DNA of 64,000 bases from an uncultured Bdellovibrionales bacterium (GTDB lineage Bacteria > Myxococcota > XYA12-FULL-58-9 > JALHOP01), in the NCBI GenBank assembly GCA_964484195.1, contig CAZAER010000001.1, positions 639,754 through 703,753 on the forward strand, read 5' to 3'. Positions within the stretch are counted from its first letter, which is position 1; each line of letters starts with the position of its first letter. Positions 29,020 to 38,242 of this stretch are shown here, one piece after another. The notes below the pieces were generated by a model. It saw only the letters and a list, made by a program, of their open reading frames with translations. It was not told the origin of the DNA and ran no database searches. Position numbers and translations under genes: made by a program.

Positions 29020-29961
29020 GTGGTGAGCAGTCTGACGGCAGGTGCGCTGGCGATCGTCTTGCTAGCGGCGGGCAACGATCCGCCGCCAGCGGACGGTTCC
29101 GCCAAGCCCAAGCCCACCGTCGTCAGCGCCAAAACCGGCAAGGTCGTTCGCCAAGGATCGAGCCCGGCCGCGAAGCCGAAACCAGCGGCGCCGCGCTCGT
29201 CCACGAAAGCGGACGTCCCCGGGAAGCGCACCGCCGCACGCCCAACGCGAACCGTCCAATACGGAGTCGATGACTACGTGCTGCCCAAGGTCGTGGCGGA
29301 CATCTACCGCGAGCGCGGCTACGAGCTGCCGCGCATCGGCGCCGTCGACTCGCGCACCGCCGAGGACATCGAGCTCGGGCGAGGCTTCGCCGGCAACATC
29401 CACGACAAGCTGCGCACGTTGCAGCAAGACGAAGGCATCGAGCGCCGCGGCATCCTCGACCCGAAGATGGAGCGCGCGGCGCAGCGACCGCTCGGCCTCT
29501 ACGCCCGTCTCCAACCTCTGTACGGACCCGACCTGATCAACGAGCTCGACATCGTCGGGCGCGAGATCATGCAGCAGTATCCGCCCGGCACCCCGGTTCG
29601 GGTGCTGCGCGAGGTCTACACCGAGCTCGTCCAGTTCGTGAGCGAGCGGACCGGTGTGACCATCGAGAAGATCTACCGCGTCATGGACCTCGAGTCGTAC
29701 GGCGGCCAGTATTGGGCGGCCCACTCCGCCGGCGCCTGCGGCCTCGTCCAGGTGCGGCCGATCGCGCTCGAAGAGATGCAGCGCCTGCGACCCACCGAGT
29801 TCCGTGGTCTCACCTTCTCCGCCATTCGCCAGAACCCAGCGCTCAATCTCTACACCGGCATGAGCTACGCCCAGGAGAAGAAGCAAGACTGGAACCACTA
29901 TAGCGGAGGGGCGCGCGGCTACGCCGACTACGTGCTCTATGGAGTGCCCAAAGGCTCGTAG
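29020..29961 (+). CDS. lytic transglycosylase (SLT domain) protein with a Pro/Lys-rich N-terminal region
   Basis: SLT catalytic region DLESYGG...AGACGLVQV. Confidence 0.65.
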   Translation: MVSSLTAGALAIVLLAAGNDPPPADGSAKPKPTVVSAKTGKVVRQGSSPAAKPKPAAPRSSTKADVPGKRTAARPTRTVQYGVDDYVLPKVVADIYRERGYELPRIGAVDSRTAEDIELGRGFAGNIHDKLRTLQQDEGIERRGILDPKMERAAQRPLGLYARLQPLYGPDLINELDIVGREIMQQYPPGTPVRVLREVYTELVQFVSERTGVTIEKIYRVMDLESYGGQYWAAHSAGACGLVQVRPIALEEMQRLRPTEFRGLTFSAIRQNPALNLYTGMSYAQEKKQDWNHYSGGARGYADYVLYGVPKGS

Positions 29962-29994
29962 CCGGCGCGCCGGTATTTCGAAGAAGCGGCCCGC

Positions 29995-30612
29995 TCAGCC
30001 CGCGAAGCCGCCGTCGTCGAGGAATTTCTGCTCTTCCGGCCGCATCGCACGCCCGAGGATCGGGTTGCGATGAGGAAAGCGGCCGAAGCGCCGGATGATC
30101 TCGCGATGCCCTTCCGCATGCTCGCGATGCCGCTCACCCAACCGCGTCGTAAGCTCGACCGACCGGTTCTGATCAGCCAGAAACTCGGAGTGCGCGAAGG
30201 GCAAGTAGACGAACAGCGCCAAGGCATTCTCGACGGCCTCGTCGTGTCCGAGCTGGATGGCGCGCCGCGCATACGAACGGGCGAGCTCGTCGGTCGCGTA
30301 CATCCTCGAGGTGCCGCGGAAGGAGTTGCGCGGGTACTGATCGAGCAAGATGATCAGCGCCAGCGCTCCTTCCGGAGTCGCAAGCCAACTCTCGTACGCC
30401 CCACTCGCCGCCGCTTCGTAGTCGACGGCGAAGCGCTCGCGAAATTTCTGGTCGAAGCCAGCATCCTTGGCGAACCACAGCGCCGGACCCGCCTCACGCC
30501 AGAACGCGACCACCGCGGTGGCGCTGCGCGGAGTCGTGACCGCCGGCGCTTTGCCGCTCGCCACCACGACCGCGAGCCCGATGAGAGCCAAAAGATAATG
30601 ATAGACCTTCAT
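29995..30612 (-). CDS. DUF924-family protein (secreted)
   Basis: LILLDQYPRN...RRFGRFPHRN.ILGR motif set. Signal peptide MKVYHYLLALIGLAVVVASG. Confidence 0.7.
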   Translation of the reverse strand: MKVYHYLLALIGLAVVVASGKAPAVTTPRSATAVVAFWREAGPALWFAKDAGFDQKFRERFAVDYEAAASGAYESWLATPEGALALIILLDQYPRNSFRGTSRMYATDELARSYARRAIQLGHDEAVENALALFVYLPFAHSEFLADQNRSVELTTRLGERHREHAEGHREIIRRFGRFPHRNPILGRAMRPEEQKFLDDGGFAG

Positions 30613-30700
30613 GCCGAACCTCCCAGCCCGGGCCTGCTGTGCTCCGTGCCGTGAGCTCACTTTGCGTTCTGGCGTGTGATGCATCAAACGCTATGATTTC

Positions 30701-31627
30701 ATGAACATGATGCAGGAAATTAATCTCGCCTCGGCGGACCTGAACCTCTTCGTGGTCTTCGAGGCGGTGCTCCGCGAGCGCCATCTTGCGCGCGCAGCAA
30801 AACACTTGGCCCTGTCACCATCGGCGGTGAGCCACGCCGTCGCGCGCCTGCGCGGGCTGCTCAACGATCCAGTCTTCGTGAAGACGCCCAAGGGTGTGGT
30901 GCCGACCGCGCGTGCCTTGGCGCTCGCCGAGCCCATCGCGGAGATCTTGAGCCGAACGCGGCAAGTCGTGGGCAGCGCCGACCCCTTCGACCCCAAGCGG
31001 GCGCATCGACGCTTCCTCGTCGGCATGCAGGACGGCGTCGCCCCAGCCATGTTGCCACCCTTGCTCGGGCTCATGGAACGCGAAGGTCCGTTCATCGACC
31101 TCGGCATCACCGCCTCGATGCCCTACACCGCTTTCGAGGACCTCGACGCCCACCGCATCGATCTCGCGGTGCAGCCGACAGTCGAAGATCCGCCGCCGCG
31201 CTTCGTTTCGAAGAAGCTCTACGTCGCGCAGTTCGTCATCGCGGTGCGCAGAGGTCACAGGCTGGCGAGGAAGTTCTCGCTCGACGCGTATTGCGCCGAG
31301 AGCCACGTCGTCGTCTCCCAGACCGGGGATCCGAGCGGCGTCGTCGACATCGAGCTCGCGAAGCTCGGCAAGAAGCGTCGCGTGGCCCTTGCCGTCCCGA
31401 ACTTCATGCTCGCGCTCGCGACGGTCGCCGAGAGCAACCTAGTCGCGGCTGTCCCCCGCGGGCTCGTCGAAGCCCACGCCGCGCGCTTCGCCATCAAGGT
31501 CCTCCCCGCCCCCTCACCCTGGGGTCGCGCCGACATTCGCGTGATTGCTCCCAAGTCCGCCATGATGGACGAAGGGCTCGCCTGGATGTTCGATGCGGTA
31601 CGCCGAGCGGCCGCGGATCTCGCTTAG
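30701..31627 (+). CDS. LysR-family transcriptional regulator
   Basis: N-terminal HTH (LNLFVVFEAVLRERHLARAAKHLALSPSAVSHAVARLR) plus a substrate-binding domain. Divergent from the DUF924 gene. Confidence 0.8.
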   Translation: MNMMQEINLASADLNLFVVFEAVLRERHLARAAKHLALSPSAVSHAVARLRGLLNDPVFVKTPKGVVPTARALALAEPIAEILSRTRQVVGSADPFDPKRAHRRFLVGMQDGVAPAMLPPLLGLMEREGPFIDLGITASMPYTAFEDLDAHRIDLAVQPTVEDPPPRFVSKKLYVAQFVIAVRRGHRLARKFSLDAYCAESHVVVSQTGDPSGVVDIELAKLGKKRRVALAVPNFMLALATVAESNLVAAVPRGLVEAHAARFAIKVLPAPSPWGRADIRVIAPKSAMMDEGLAWMFDAVRRAAADLA

Positions 31628-31672
31628 CCTCGCTGCCTTGCATCCGGCGACCCACGAGGCGAAGTTGCGCGC

Positions 31673-32560
31673 ATGACGGGTGAGACGGAGAACGAGCGGT
31701 TGCCATTTGCAACCAAAGTGCGCCACGCGGTGAGGGAGCCCCGCGCGTTCCTGGTGTGGGCACGGGCAAAGACCGCGTCGAAAATGCAGGATTGGCTCGG
31801 CCTGCCGATGGCGTTCAATCGCCTCGACTTCAACGCCAGCTATCGCGAGCACGTCGCGCATCTCAAGCTGCGTTCGAAAGACGTCAGCACTGCGCTCAAG
31901 ATGGCAGTCGGGGGTCAGTTCGAAGCCTTTGGTCAGATGCAGCGCGACCTGCTCGTCTCGGTCGGTCTCACGCCGGAGAGCTACGTCATCGACGTCGGTT
32001 GCGGCTCGGGGCGGTTGGCGGCGCCGCTGTCGTCGTATCTCGAACGCGGCAGGTACTTCGGGATCGACGTCGTCCCCGAGCTCGTCGCCCACGCCGCGGC
32101 CGTCGCAGCGCGTCCCGAGTGGCGCTTCGAGACAGCGAACGGGCTTTCGATCAACGAGAAGGACGGCCAAGCCGACTTCGTTTGCTTCTTCTCGGTCCTC
32201 ACGCACCTCCTCCACGAAGAATCCTTCGTTTACCTACGCGAAGCGGCGCGCGTGCTGCGGCCGGGCGGCAAGATCGTCTTGTCGTTCTTGGATTTCGCCG
32301 TCCCCAACCACTGGCAGGTGTTCGAAAGGAACGTCGCGCACGTCGGCACGCGCATTCATCTCAATCAGTTCATCAGCAAGGACTGCCTCGGCGCTTGGGC
32401 AAGTCATCTGGGCCTATCGATCGACGCGACCTTCAACGGCGACACCCCGCACATTCCGCTCGCCGCGCCAGTCGTGCTCGACGACGGAACACGCGTCGAA
32501 AGCACCGGCTCTTTGGGCCAATCGGTGTGCGTGCTCGTGAAGCGAGCTGCGGGGCGCTGA
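31673..32560 (+). CDS. class I SAM-dependent methyltransferase
   Basis: Motif I VIDVGCGSGRL. Confidence 0.7.
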   Translation: MTGETENERLPFATKVRHAVREPRAFLVWARAKTASKMQDWLGLPMAFNRLDFNASYREHVAHLKLRSKDVSTALKMAVGGQFEAFGQMQRDLLVSVGLTPESYVIDVGCGSGRLAAPLSSYLERGRYFGIDVVPELVAHAAAVAARPEWRFETANGLSINEKDGQADFVCFFSVLTHLLHEESFVYLREAARVLRPGGKIVLSFLDFAVPNHWQVFERNVAHVGTRIHLNQFISKDCLGAWASHLGLSIDATFNGDTPHIPLAAPVVLDDGTRVESTGSLGQSVCVLVKRAAGR

Positions 32561-32621
32561 GTTCGCCGCCGACGGAGCTCGCTTGACCCCGCGCGACGCC
32601 GCCTCTACATCCTGCGGGCGT

Positions 32622-32700
32622 GCCCCCGTAGCTCAGATGGATAGAGCTGGGGTTTCCTAAACCCTGTAAGCCACAGGTTCGATTCCTGTCGGGGGCACCA
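32622..32700 (+). tRNA. tRNA-Arg (anticodon CCU)
   Basis: Acceptor stem GCCCCCG/CGGGGGC, T-arm ACAGG-TTCGATT-CCTGT, anticodon loop TTCCTAA, 3' ACCA. The 3' 23 nt are duplicated at 45111-45133. I could not resolve the variable-loop length cleanly by eye. Confidence 0.75.
32678..32700 (+). repeat. attL core, the 3' end of tRNA-Arg
   Basis: Identical 23-mer. Similarity to the partner site continues with mismatches for about 15 further bp. Confidence 0.8.
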
Positions 32701-32804
32701 TACAACAGTCCGGCGACGTCCGAGATAGTCCGCAAACCGCCGTAAGTACTGAAAATTGCGCGGCTTGATGGTTCGGTCAGGTCCGGCGGCGTACATTGAC
32801 ATCC

Positions 32805-32860
32805 GACGGTAACAGTCGGTAGCTCTGACGGTAACTCGACCCGGCGTGGGAGTTACCGTC
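32805..32860 (+). promoter_or_regulatory. GACGGTAAC repeats, two direct and one inverted, immediately upstream of the integrase start codon
   Basis: GACGGTAAC at 32805-32813 and 32827-32835. Inverted copy GTTACCGTC at 32852-32860. Two further copies (GACGGTAAC, GACGGTAGC) occur at 45047-45067 near attR. Confidence 0.4.
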
Positions 32861-34078
32861 ATGGCCCTGACTGAAACGAAGGTGCGCAACGCTAAGGCCG
32901 GCGCGAAGCCGTTCAAGGTCACGGACGGCGGTGGGCTCTACCTGTTGGTCACTCCCGCAGGCGGGCGTTGGTGGCGCTTCGACTACCGCTTTGCCGGCAA
33001 ACGCAAGACTCTCTCGATGGGCGTCTACCCTGACGTCTCGCTGAAACAAGCGCGTGAGCGTCGCGACGATGCGCGCCGCCGAGTCGCCGACGGTGTCGAT
33101 CCGGGCACCGCTCGGCAGCTCGAAAAATCCGGGCGCGCAGATCGCAGCGCCAACAGCTTCGAGGTTGTCGCGCGCGAGTGGCTCGCGAAATTTTCCCCGT
33201 CGTGGACCGCCGAATATGCGGAGCGCCTCGAGAGTCGCCTCGAGCGCGACGTATTCCCGTGGATCGGAGCGAGGCCCATAGGCGACGTGACCGCACCGGA
33301 GCTACTCACCGTGCTGCGCCGGATCGAAGCGCGCGGCGTGACCGAAACTGCTCACCGCGCCCTTCAAGATTGCGGGCGCGTCTTCTGCTACGCCGTCGCG
33401 ACCGGTCGCGCTGACCGCGATCCGTCGAGCGACCTGCGCGGAGCACTCGCGCCTGTTCGCCAAAAGCACTTCGCTTCGATCACCGATCCAGTGGCAGTCG
33501 GTGACCTGCTGCGCTCCATCGATGGCTACGAGGGCTCGGCCGTTACTCGATGCGCGATCCGCCTTGCACCCCTTGTCTTCGTCCGTCCCGGCGAGCTTCG
33601 ACACGCAGAGTGGAATGAATTCAACCTCGGCACGGCTGAGTGGCGCATCCCTGCCGCCAAGATGAAGATGCGCGACCCCCACATCGTTCCGCTATCGCGG
33701 CAGGCCGTCGACATCCTTCGCGCGCTGCACCCACTCACCGGCCACGGCCGCTACCTGTTCCCCGGCGTCCGCACAGCGCTCCGCCCGATGAGTGAGAACA
33801 CGGTGAACGCATCGTTGCGCCGCCTCGGCTTCACCAAAGACGAGATGACGGGCCACGGCTTCCGCAGCATGGCGTCGACGCTACTCAACGAGCAAGGCTG
33901 GAACCGCGACGCCATCGAGCGCCAACTCGCCCACGTTGAGCGCAACGCCGTGCGCGCCGCGTACAACTACGCTGAGCACCTGCCCGAGCGTCGCAAGATG
34001 ATGCAGGCGTGGGCGGATCACCTTGACGACCTTCGCGCCGGTGGCCGTCAAGTCGTGCGCATGATCCCCGCGGTGTAG
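32861..34078 (+). CDS. int: tyrosine recombinase/integrase, P4 type
   Basis: N-terminal DUF4102-like arm-binding region (LTETKVRNAKAG..GGGLYLLVTPAGGRWWRFDYRF) and a catalytic C-terminus with the R...HxxR...Y pattern (HGFRSMAST, RQLAHVE, Y). It is adjacent to a tRNA. Confidence 0.9.
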   Translation: MALTETKVRNAKAGAKPFKVTDGGGLYLLVTPAGGRWWRFDYRFAGKRKTLSMGVYPDVSLKQARERRDDARRRVADGVDPGTARQLEKSGRADRSANSFEVVAREWLAKFSPSWTAEYAERLESRLERDVFPWIGARPIGDVTAPELLTVLRRIEARGVTETAHRALQDCGRVFCYAVATGRADRDPSSDLRGALAPVRQKHFASITDPVAVGDLLRSIDGYEGSAVTRCAIRLAPLVFVRPGELRHAEWNEFNLGTAEWRIPAAKMKMRDPHIVPLSRQAVDILRALHPLTGHGRYLFPGVRTALRPMSENTVNASLRRLGFTKDEMTGHGFRSMASTLLNEQGWNRDAIERQLAHVERNAVRAAYNYAEHLPERRKMMQAWADHLDDLRAGGRQVVRMIPAV

Positions 34079-34090
34079 CCCAGGCCGCCG

Positions 34091-34288
34091 TCACCCATCA
34101 CAAGCGCAGCCGGTCGGTTGATGACACTCGAGCTGCCGATTGATGCAGGAATTGCCACAAGCCTTTCCCGTTGTGCAGATACGACAACACGCCATCGGGG
34201 TCGCGTCTTCGATCTCAATACATGCGTTCGCCGGCTGCATGCCCGCTGAACCGATGCCCATCAAGAAGCTTAGAACGAAACCAAGCAT
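34091..34288 (-). CDS. small Cys-rich protein with a hydrophobic N-terminus, hypothetical
   Basis: MLGFVLSFLMGIGSAG...ACCRICTTGKACGNSCINRQLECHQPTGCACDG. It occupies the otherwise empty gap after int. It may equally be the tail of an antisense artefact. Confidence 0.2.
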   Translation of the reverse strand: MLGFVLSFLMGIGSAGMQPANACIEIEDATPMACCRICTTGKACGNSCINRQLECHQPTGCACDG

Positions 34289-34394
34289 CGAGTGCTCCAC
34301 TCTCCCCGAGGAAAAGCATACTCGATGCGCTATCGCGGTGCGGCTGAAGCGCCGTTCACGATAGGCACCCCATGACGGCCTCGCCGGTTTCGCT

Positions 34395-35084
34395 TTGGTG
34401 GCGCAACATGCTACGTTTTGGCGGATGGCTGCTCGCCGGATTATCGGGGTGCTCGTAGGACTCTGTGTGTTCCTAATCGTGCCGCGCCTCTGTCGCGCAG
34501 CGAGAACGCACAAATGCTTTGTCTCGATCGCCGTACCGGACGGCGGCTTCACCCCTGAAGCGAAGGTTGACGTGCAGTTCTTCGTTGGAAGCGAGCTCAA
34601 CGCCTCGCTCGACGCACAGCGATTTCCCCCGGCGGCCGCCATCGCTGTCTTCGCTCTGCAAAAGGACATTGTTGTGGCCGTTCGCCTCTCATCGCCTGTT
34701 AGGGTTGAGGCTCCGTTGGTAGATAACGACATGGACGCGTTGTTTCGCGGAGTGCCCCACCTTCTCGGTGTTGATGGGGCGGCTAAGGGATGGCGATTGC
34801 GCTGCAAAGACCGAGGGCAATGGCTGGATGCGGCAGCGCGGCGACCGCTAGCGCCGGCCGCTCCCCGGCGTCGCGCAAGCGCCTGCGATAGCGGGCATTG
34901 GCTCGACAAGGTGTCGATGAATGGCGAGATCCTCGTGCTGGAAGATGGTTCGGTTTGGAGGGTGGATCCGGTCGACGCTGTCGACACCTCGCTATGGCTC
35001 CCTACGGAAGAAGTCGTCGCCTGCGACGACACCATCATCAACACCGACAATGGCGAGAAGGCTGATGCGATTCAGATCCGATAG
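34395..35084 (+). CDS. hypothetical membrane-anchored protein
   Basis: N-terminal transmembrane helix IIGVLVGLCVFLIV. C-terminal folded-looking domain (GEILVLEDGSVWRVDPVDAVDTSLW...IINTDNGEKADAIQI). Lower-GC DNA. Confidence 0.45.
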   Translation: MVAQHATFWRMAARRIIGVLVGLCVFLIVPRLCRAARTHKCFVSIAVPDGGFTPEAKVDVQFFVGSELNASLDAQRFPPAAAIAVFALQKDIVVAVRLSSPVRVEAPLVDNDMDALFRGVPHLLGVDGAAKGWRLRCKDRGQWLDAAARRPLAPAAPRRRASACDSGHWLDKVSMNGEILVLEDGSVWRVDPVDAVDTSLWLPTEEVVACDDTIINTDNGEKADAIQIR

Positions 35085-35086
35085 CG

Positions 35087-35287
35087 TTGAGCGGGAAGAT
35101 GGATCGAACTGAAGCAGCAAGACACGCCGGTGATTGCCTGGTGCGACTGAAGGCCGCGATGACCGCGCATGCTGCAGTGCCGTCGGGTGACGCCGAGAAG
35201 TTCGGGGAGACCTGGCTGGAACTCCACCGCGCCCACAGAGACTACTGCGAAGCGTTCGCCGTTTTTGAGGCTCTCTCCAAGCCCTAG
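35087..35287 (+). CDS. small helical hypothetical protein
   Basis: Starts 3 nt after the previous stop. Composition is plausible for a real protein. Confidence 0.35.
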   Translation: MSGKMDRTEAARHAGDCLVRLKAAMTAHAAVPSGDAEKFGETWLELHRAHRDYCEAFAVFEALSKP

Positions 35288-35588
35288 GGCCAGGAGTGAT
35301 GCGCGCAGGGCGCACGCGTCGAAATCCACGGCTAGCCCCTGCCGCAGAAGCCGCACAATCCGCAGAACTGCTTGGCCGTCCCTGAGAACAGGGTCTGAGC
35401 AGGGCCCGCCAAGCCGGCTCCTGGCCGATTCTGCGGTCGAAGCGGCACGTTCGCCCGATTCGTCGGACGGGCCGCGTATGTTCGGCGTGATCAGCGCGAC
35501 GATTTGATCACCGTCGCGCGCGGGTCTCGGTAGAGCGCGGTATGCGAAACTCCCGCGCTCCGCCGAGCCCGCAGCCGGAGTTTCGCAG

Positions 35589-37757
35589 ATGAATGATACA
35601 CCTCGCGGTGACGCGCAGAGCGTCGTCGATCGCCTTCAGTCCAGTCTTACCGAGATGCACGCGGCGCTCGCCAAGACCGTGGCCGCGCTCAACGCGCCGA
35701 TCACCATCGTCGAGCCCGATTCGAGCTTGCCGCCTGACGAGCGCTCAATGGCTCGTGCCGAGGCGCAAGCACAGGCGCGGCGCCAACAAGGCTCGCCCGA
35801 GTTGTGGAAGATGGCGGCGCTACGGACGCGCTTGGAAGCAGAGCACGGGGCGGCAGTTGACGAGCTTGCCGTCGTCGCAGCCCTCGCGGGTGTCACGGTC
35901 GACCGCGCGGCTTTGACTGCCCCGTTCGAGCATTTCTCGAACCTGTTGCGAAGCCGGGGTTCCGACAGCACCTACGCGAGGCGACTTCAGGCGATCCCTG
36001 CACGGGTCGATACGCTCGCCCGGGCGTCCGCGCACCTGATCGACGTCGCGCGGAAGCTAGGATGTCGCCTGATCGCCGATGAGCCACGGCCCCCTCGAGA
36101 GACCCAGCCGTTACTGCCGGCCGCTAAGGCAAAACCCTGGTGGGCGGCAGACGGGTTCAAGCTGGAAAGCGTTTACGCTCAGTTACGTCTCGAGGTCGAC
36201 GACGCCATCGCTGGGCTCGACGACGCAACCGATGATCATGCAGTCGCTGCGCTCTTGCCCGGCTTTGCGGCAGCCGACATTGCGCACTGCCGTGACGAGA
36301 AGGTGCACCCGCTCGACCATTGGGTGGCGTCCGAGATTGCCGATCTAGTCGACGCCGAGCTTAGCGAGATTCTCGCTCGTGAGCCGCAACGCAACCGCTT
36401 CCGCCTGAAGAATGGCGCCGAGGTTACGGACGATACGCTTCAGCGGACGGCAGTCAGCCGCTATCGCTCTGGCATCGCACAATCCGCCAAGCCGGCAGAC
36501 ACCCCGGCCAAGGCCATCGCCCAGCTTCATGCGGGCTGCGATGTACTGGCCACTGCTTTTGCACGTGCTCTCGCGGCGCACACCGCGAGGATTGGTGCGC
36601 TGAAAATCGATGACGCCATCGCCGACCCGGAGGAGGCGCGCGAAGCGGCAGAACTCGACGCCATGGAAGCGAGAGGCTACCCCGAGCTCTTCGATTCTGT
36701 CCTGTTGAGGGCGCGAGTCGAGGAAGAGCAGACTGCGGCGCTTAACCGGCTGATTGGCTTCGCAGCCCAATCCCGCGCCGGCGTCGCCGTCGACCGGGCC
36801 GTGTTGACCGCACCGCACGCCTCGTTCGGCCATCTGCTGCATCCCGGTCAGCGGCATGCGAGCCGCGCCAAATGGCTGCAAGAAATGCTTGAACGGACAA
36901 TACCGGCTGCGCGCGCCCACCTAACGCAGCTAGCCTCCCGTCTGGGCGTCGAGCTGCAACACGGTCGCGACTGGCTGGCCTGTCGAAAAGTGCCCTGGAG
37001 CGCGACCGCTGAAACGGACACGTGGCGGCAGGTAAAGTCCGACCTTCGGACCTTGGATCGGGACGCGGTTCGCGAAATCCTCGGCGTCGATGAAGCTGAC
37101 CTTCGAGGCCTTGAGCTTCAACGAGACGAGCTGCAACAGACGAGCGGTTGGCGCACTTGCCCTGGCGAGGCCCACGTCGCCGACGTCTGGGCAATTCGAG
37201 ACATCGAATGGACGCCGCGGACCCTCGACCAAGTTTTTCACGATGGCGACTATGGCTCCGGCGCCAATCCCGATCGGCAATACAGGGTCGCGGGGGCGAG
37301 TGACGTCATTGACCCACGAGAGATCCAAGCGCGAGCCGCCCGGCAGATCCGCGCGGCGCTCGAGACGCTAGGGCGAACCTCGGCAGGCGCTAAAACGGAC
37401 GTCCCGCTGGCGCCGACCAAGAGCGCGCCTCTTCATTCATCGGACTTCACTTCGGTGACGCACGGCGGGGAGTCGTATCGCTTTTCCAAACGGCAGGCCG
37501 CGGCCATAGCGCTGCTTTGGCGCGAGTGGGCGCGAGGCACGCCTACCATCGCGGAGGAGACGCTCGCCGAAGAGCTTGATCCCAATTCGGAACGCGACCC
37601 CAAGCGCTTTCGGTTGCGCGACATCTTCAAAGGCAAGACGAAGGGCAAGAACGGCAAGCATCGGGCGCAGATGCACCCCGCGTGGGGCACGATGATCATC
37701 GTCGCGGAGGGCATCGCTCGCCTGTCGTTCGCAGAAAAGGGAATTTCCCCCAGCTAG
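35589..37757 (+). CDS. large hypothetical island protein with an internal tandem-duplicated domain
   Basis: Two roughly 90-aa segments clearly align: ...PELWKMAALRTRLEAEHGAAVDELAVVAALAGVTVDRAALTAPFEHFSNLL... against ...PELFDSVLLRARVEEEQTAALNRLIGFAAQSRAGVAVDRAVLTAPHASFGHLL... I recognise no known domain. Confidence 0.6.
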   Translation: MNDTPRGDAQSVVDRLQSSLTEMHAALAKTVAALNAPITIVEPDSSLPPDERSMARAEAQAQARRQQGSPELWKMAALRTRLEAEHGAAVDELAVVAALAGVTVDRAALTAPFEHFSNLLRSRGSDSTYARRLQAIPARVDTLARASAHLIDVARKLGCRLIADEPRPPRETQPLLPAAKAKPWWAADGFKLESVYAQLRLEVDDAIAGLDDATDDHAVAALLPGFAAADIAHCRDEKVHPLDHWVASEIADLVDAELSEILAREPQRNRFRLKNGAEVTDDTLQRTAVSRYRSGIAQSAKPADTPAKAIAQLHAGCDVLATAFARALAAHTARIGALKIDDAIADPEEAREAAELDAMEARGYPELFDSVLLRARVEEEQTAALNRLIGFAAQSRAGVAVDRAVLTAPHASFGHLLHPGQRHASRAKWLQEMLERTIPAARAHLTQLASRLGVELQHGRDWLACRKVPWSATAETDTWRQVKSDLRTLDRDAVREILGVDEADLRGLELQRDELQQTSGWRTCPGEAHVADVWAIRDIEWTPRTLDQVFHDGDYGSGANPDRQYRVAGASDVIDPREIQARAARQIRAALETLGRTSAGAKTDVPLAPTKSAPLHSSDFTSVTHGGESYRFSKRQAAAIALLWREWARGTPTIAEETLAEELDPNSERDPKRFRLRDIFKGKTKGKNGKHRAQMHPAWGTMIIVAEGIARLSFAEKGISPS

Positions 37758-37796
37758 CCCCCCGCTGGGCCCCGCGCGTCGCGCGACAACGCGACC

Positions 37797-38012
37797 ATGC
37801 AACAGCTCGTAAGCCTTCGGGCACTAGTCAGACACCTGCGACGCAGGTTCGGCGATGCGGACGCCGCGCAGCTTCGTCGAGATGCGCAGGCGGGCATCAT
37901 TCCCAGCGTGAGGTTGGGCGCGGCCCTCGCCTTCGACATTGGCGCCGTGGAGGCGGCGCTACTCGCGCGCGCTCGTGATGCCGCGAAAGCGCACGATGGG
38001 GGTGCGACGTGA
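37797..38012 (+). CDS. excisionase-family HTH protein, putative
   Basis: ...AGIIPSVRLGAALAFDIGAVEAALL resembles the Xis-family motif GELPAVRIGRRLRFRREDLEAFL. Its stop overlaps the alpA start (GTGA). Confidence 0.4.
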   Translation: MQQLVSLRALVRHLRRRFGDADAAQLRRDAQAGIIPSVRLGAALAFDIGAVEAALLARARDAAKAHDGGAT

Positions 38013-38242
38013 GCCACCCCGCGCACACCTTGCCCGCTGCGGGATATCTTCGTCTGAAGCAGATCATCGGCGACCGAGAACACACGCCGATCATCCCCGT
38101 CAGCAAGTCGACGTGGTGGGACGGCATCAAGAAAGGCCGATTCCCCCAGCCCGTGAAGCTCGGCCCCCGCACCACCGCGTGGCGCGTCGAGGACATCCGC
38201 GCGCTCATCGAGCGCACCAACGCGGTGGAGCCGATTCGATGA
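38009..38242 (+). CDS. alpA: AlpA-family phage transcriptional regulator / excisionase
   Basis: YLRLKQIIGD...IPVSKSTWWDGIKKGRFPQPVKLGPRTTAWRVEDIRALIE is a classic Phage_AlpA motif. GTG start. Confidence 0.85.
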   Translation: MSHPAHTLPAAGYLRLKQIIGDREHTPIIPVSKSTWWDGIKKGRFPQPVKLGPRTTAWRVEDIRALIERTNAVEPIR

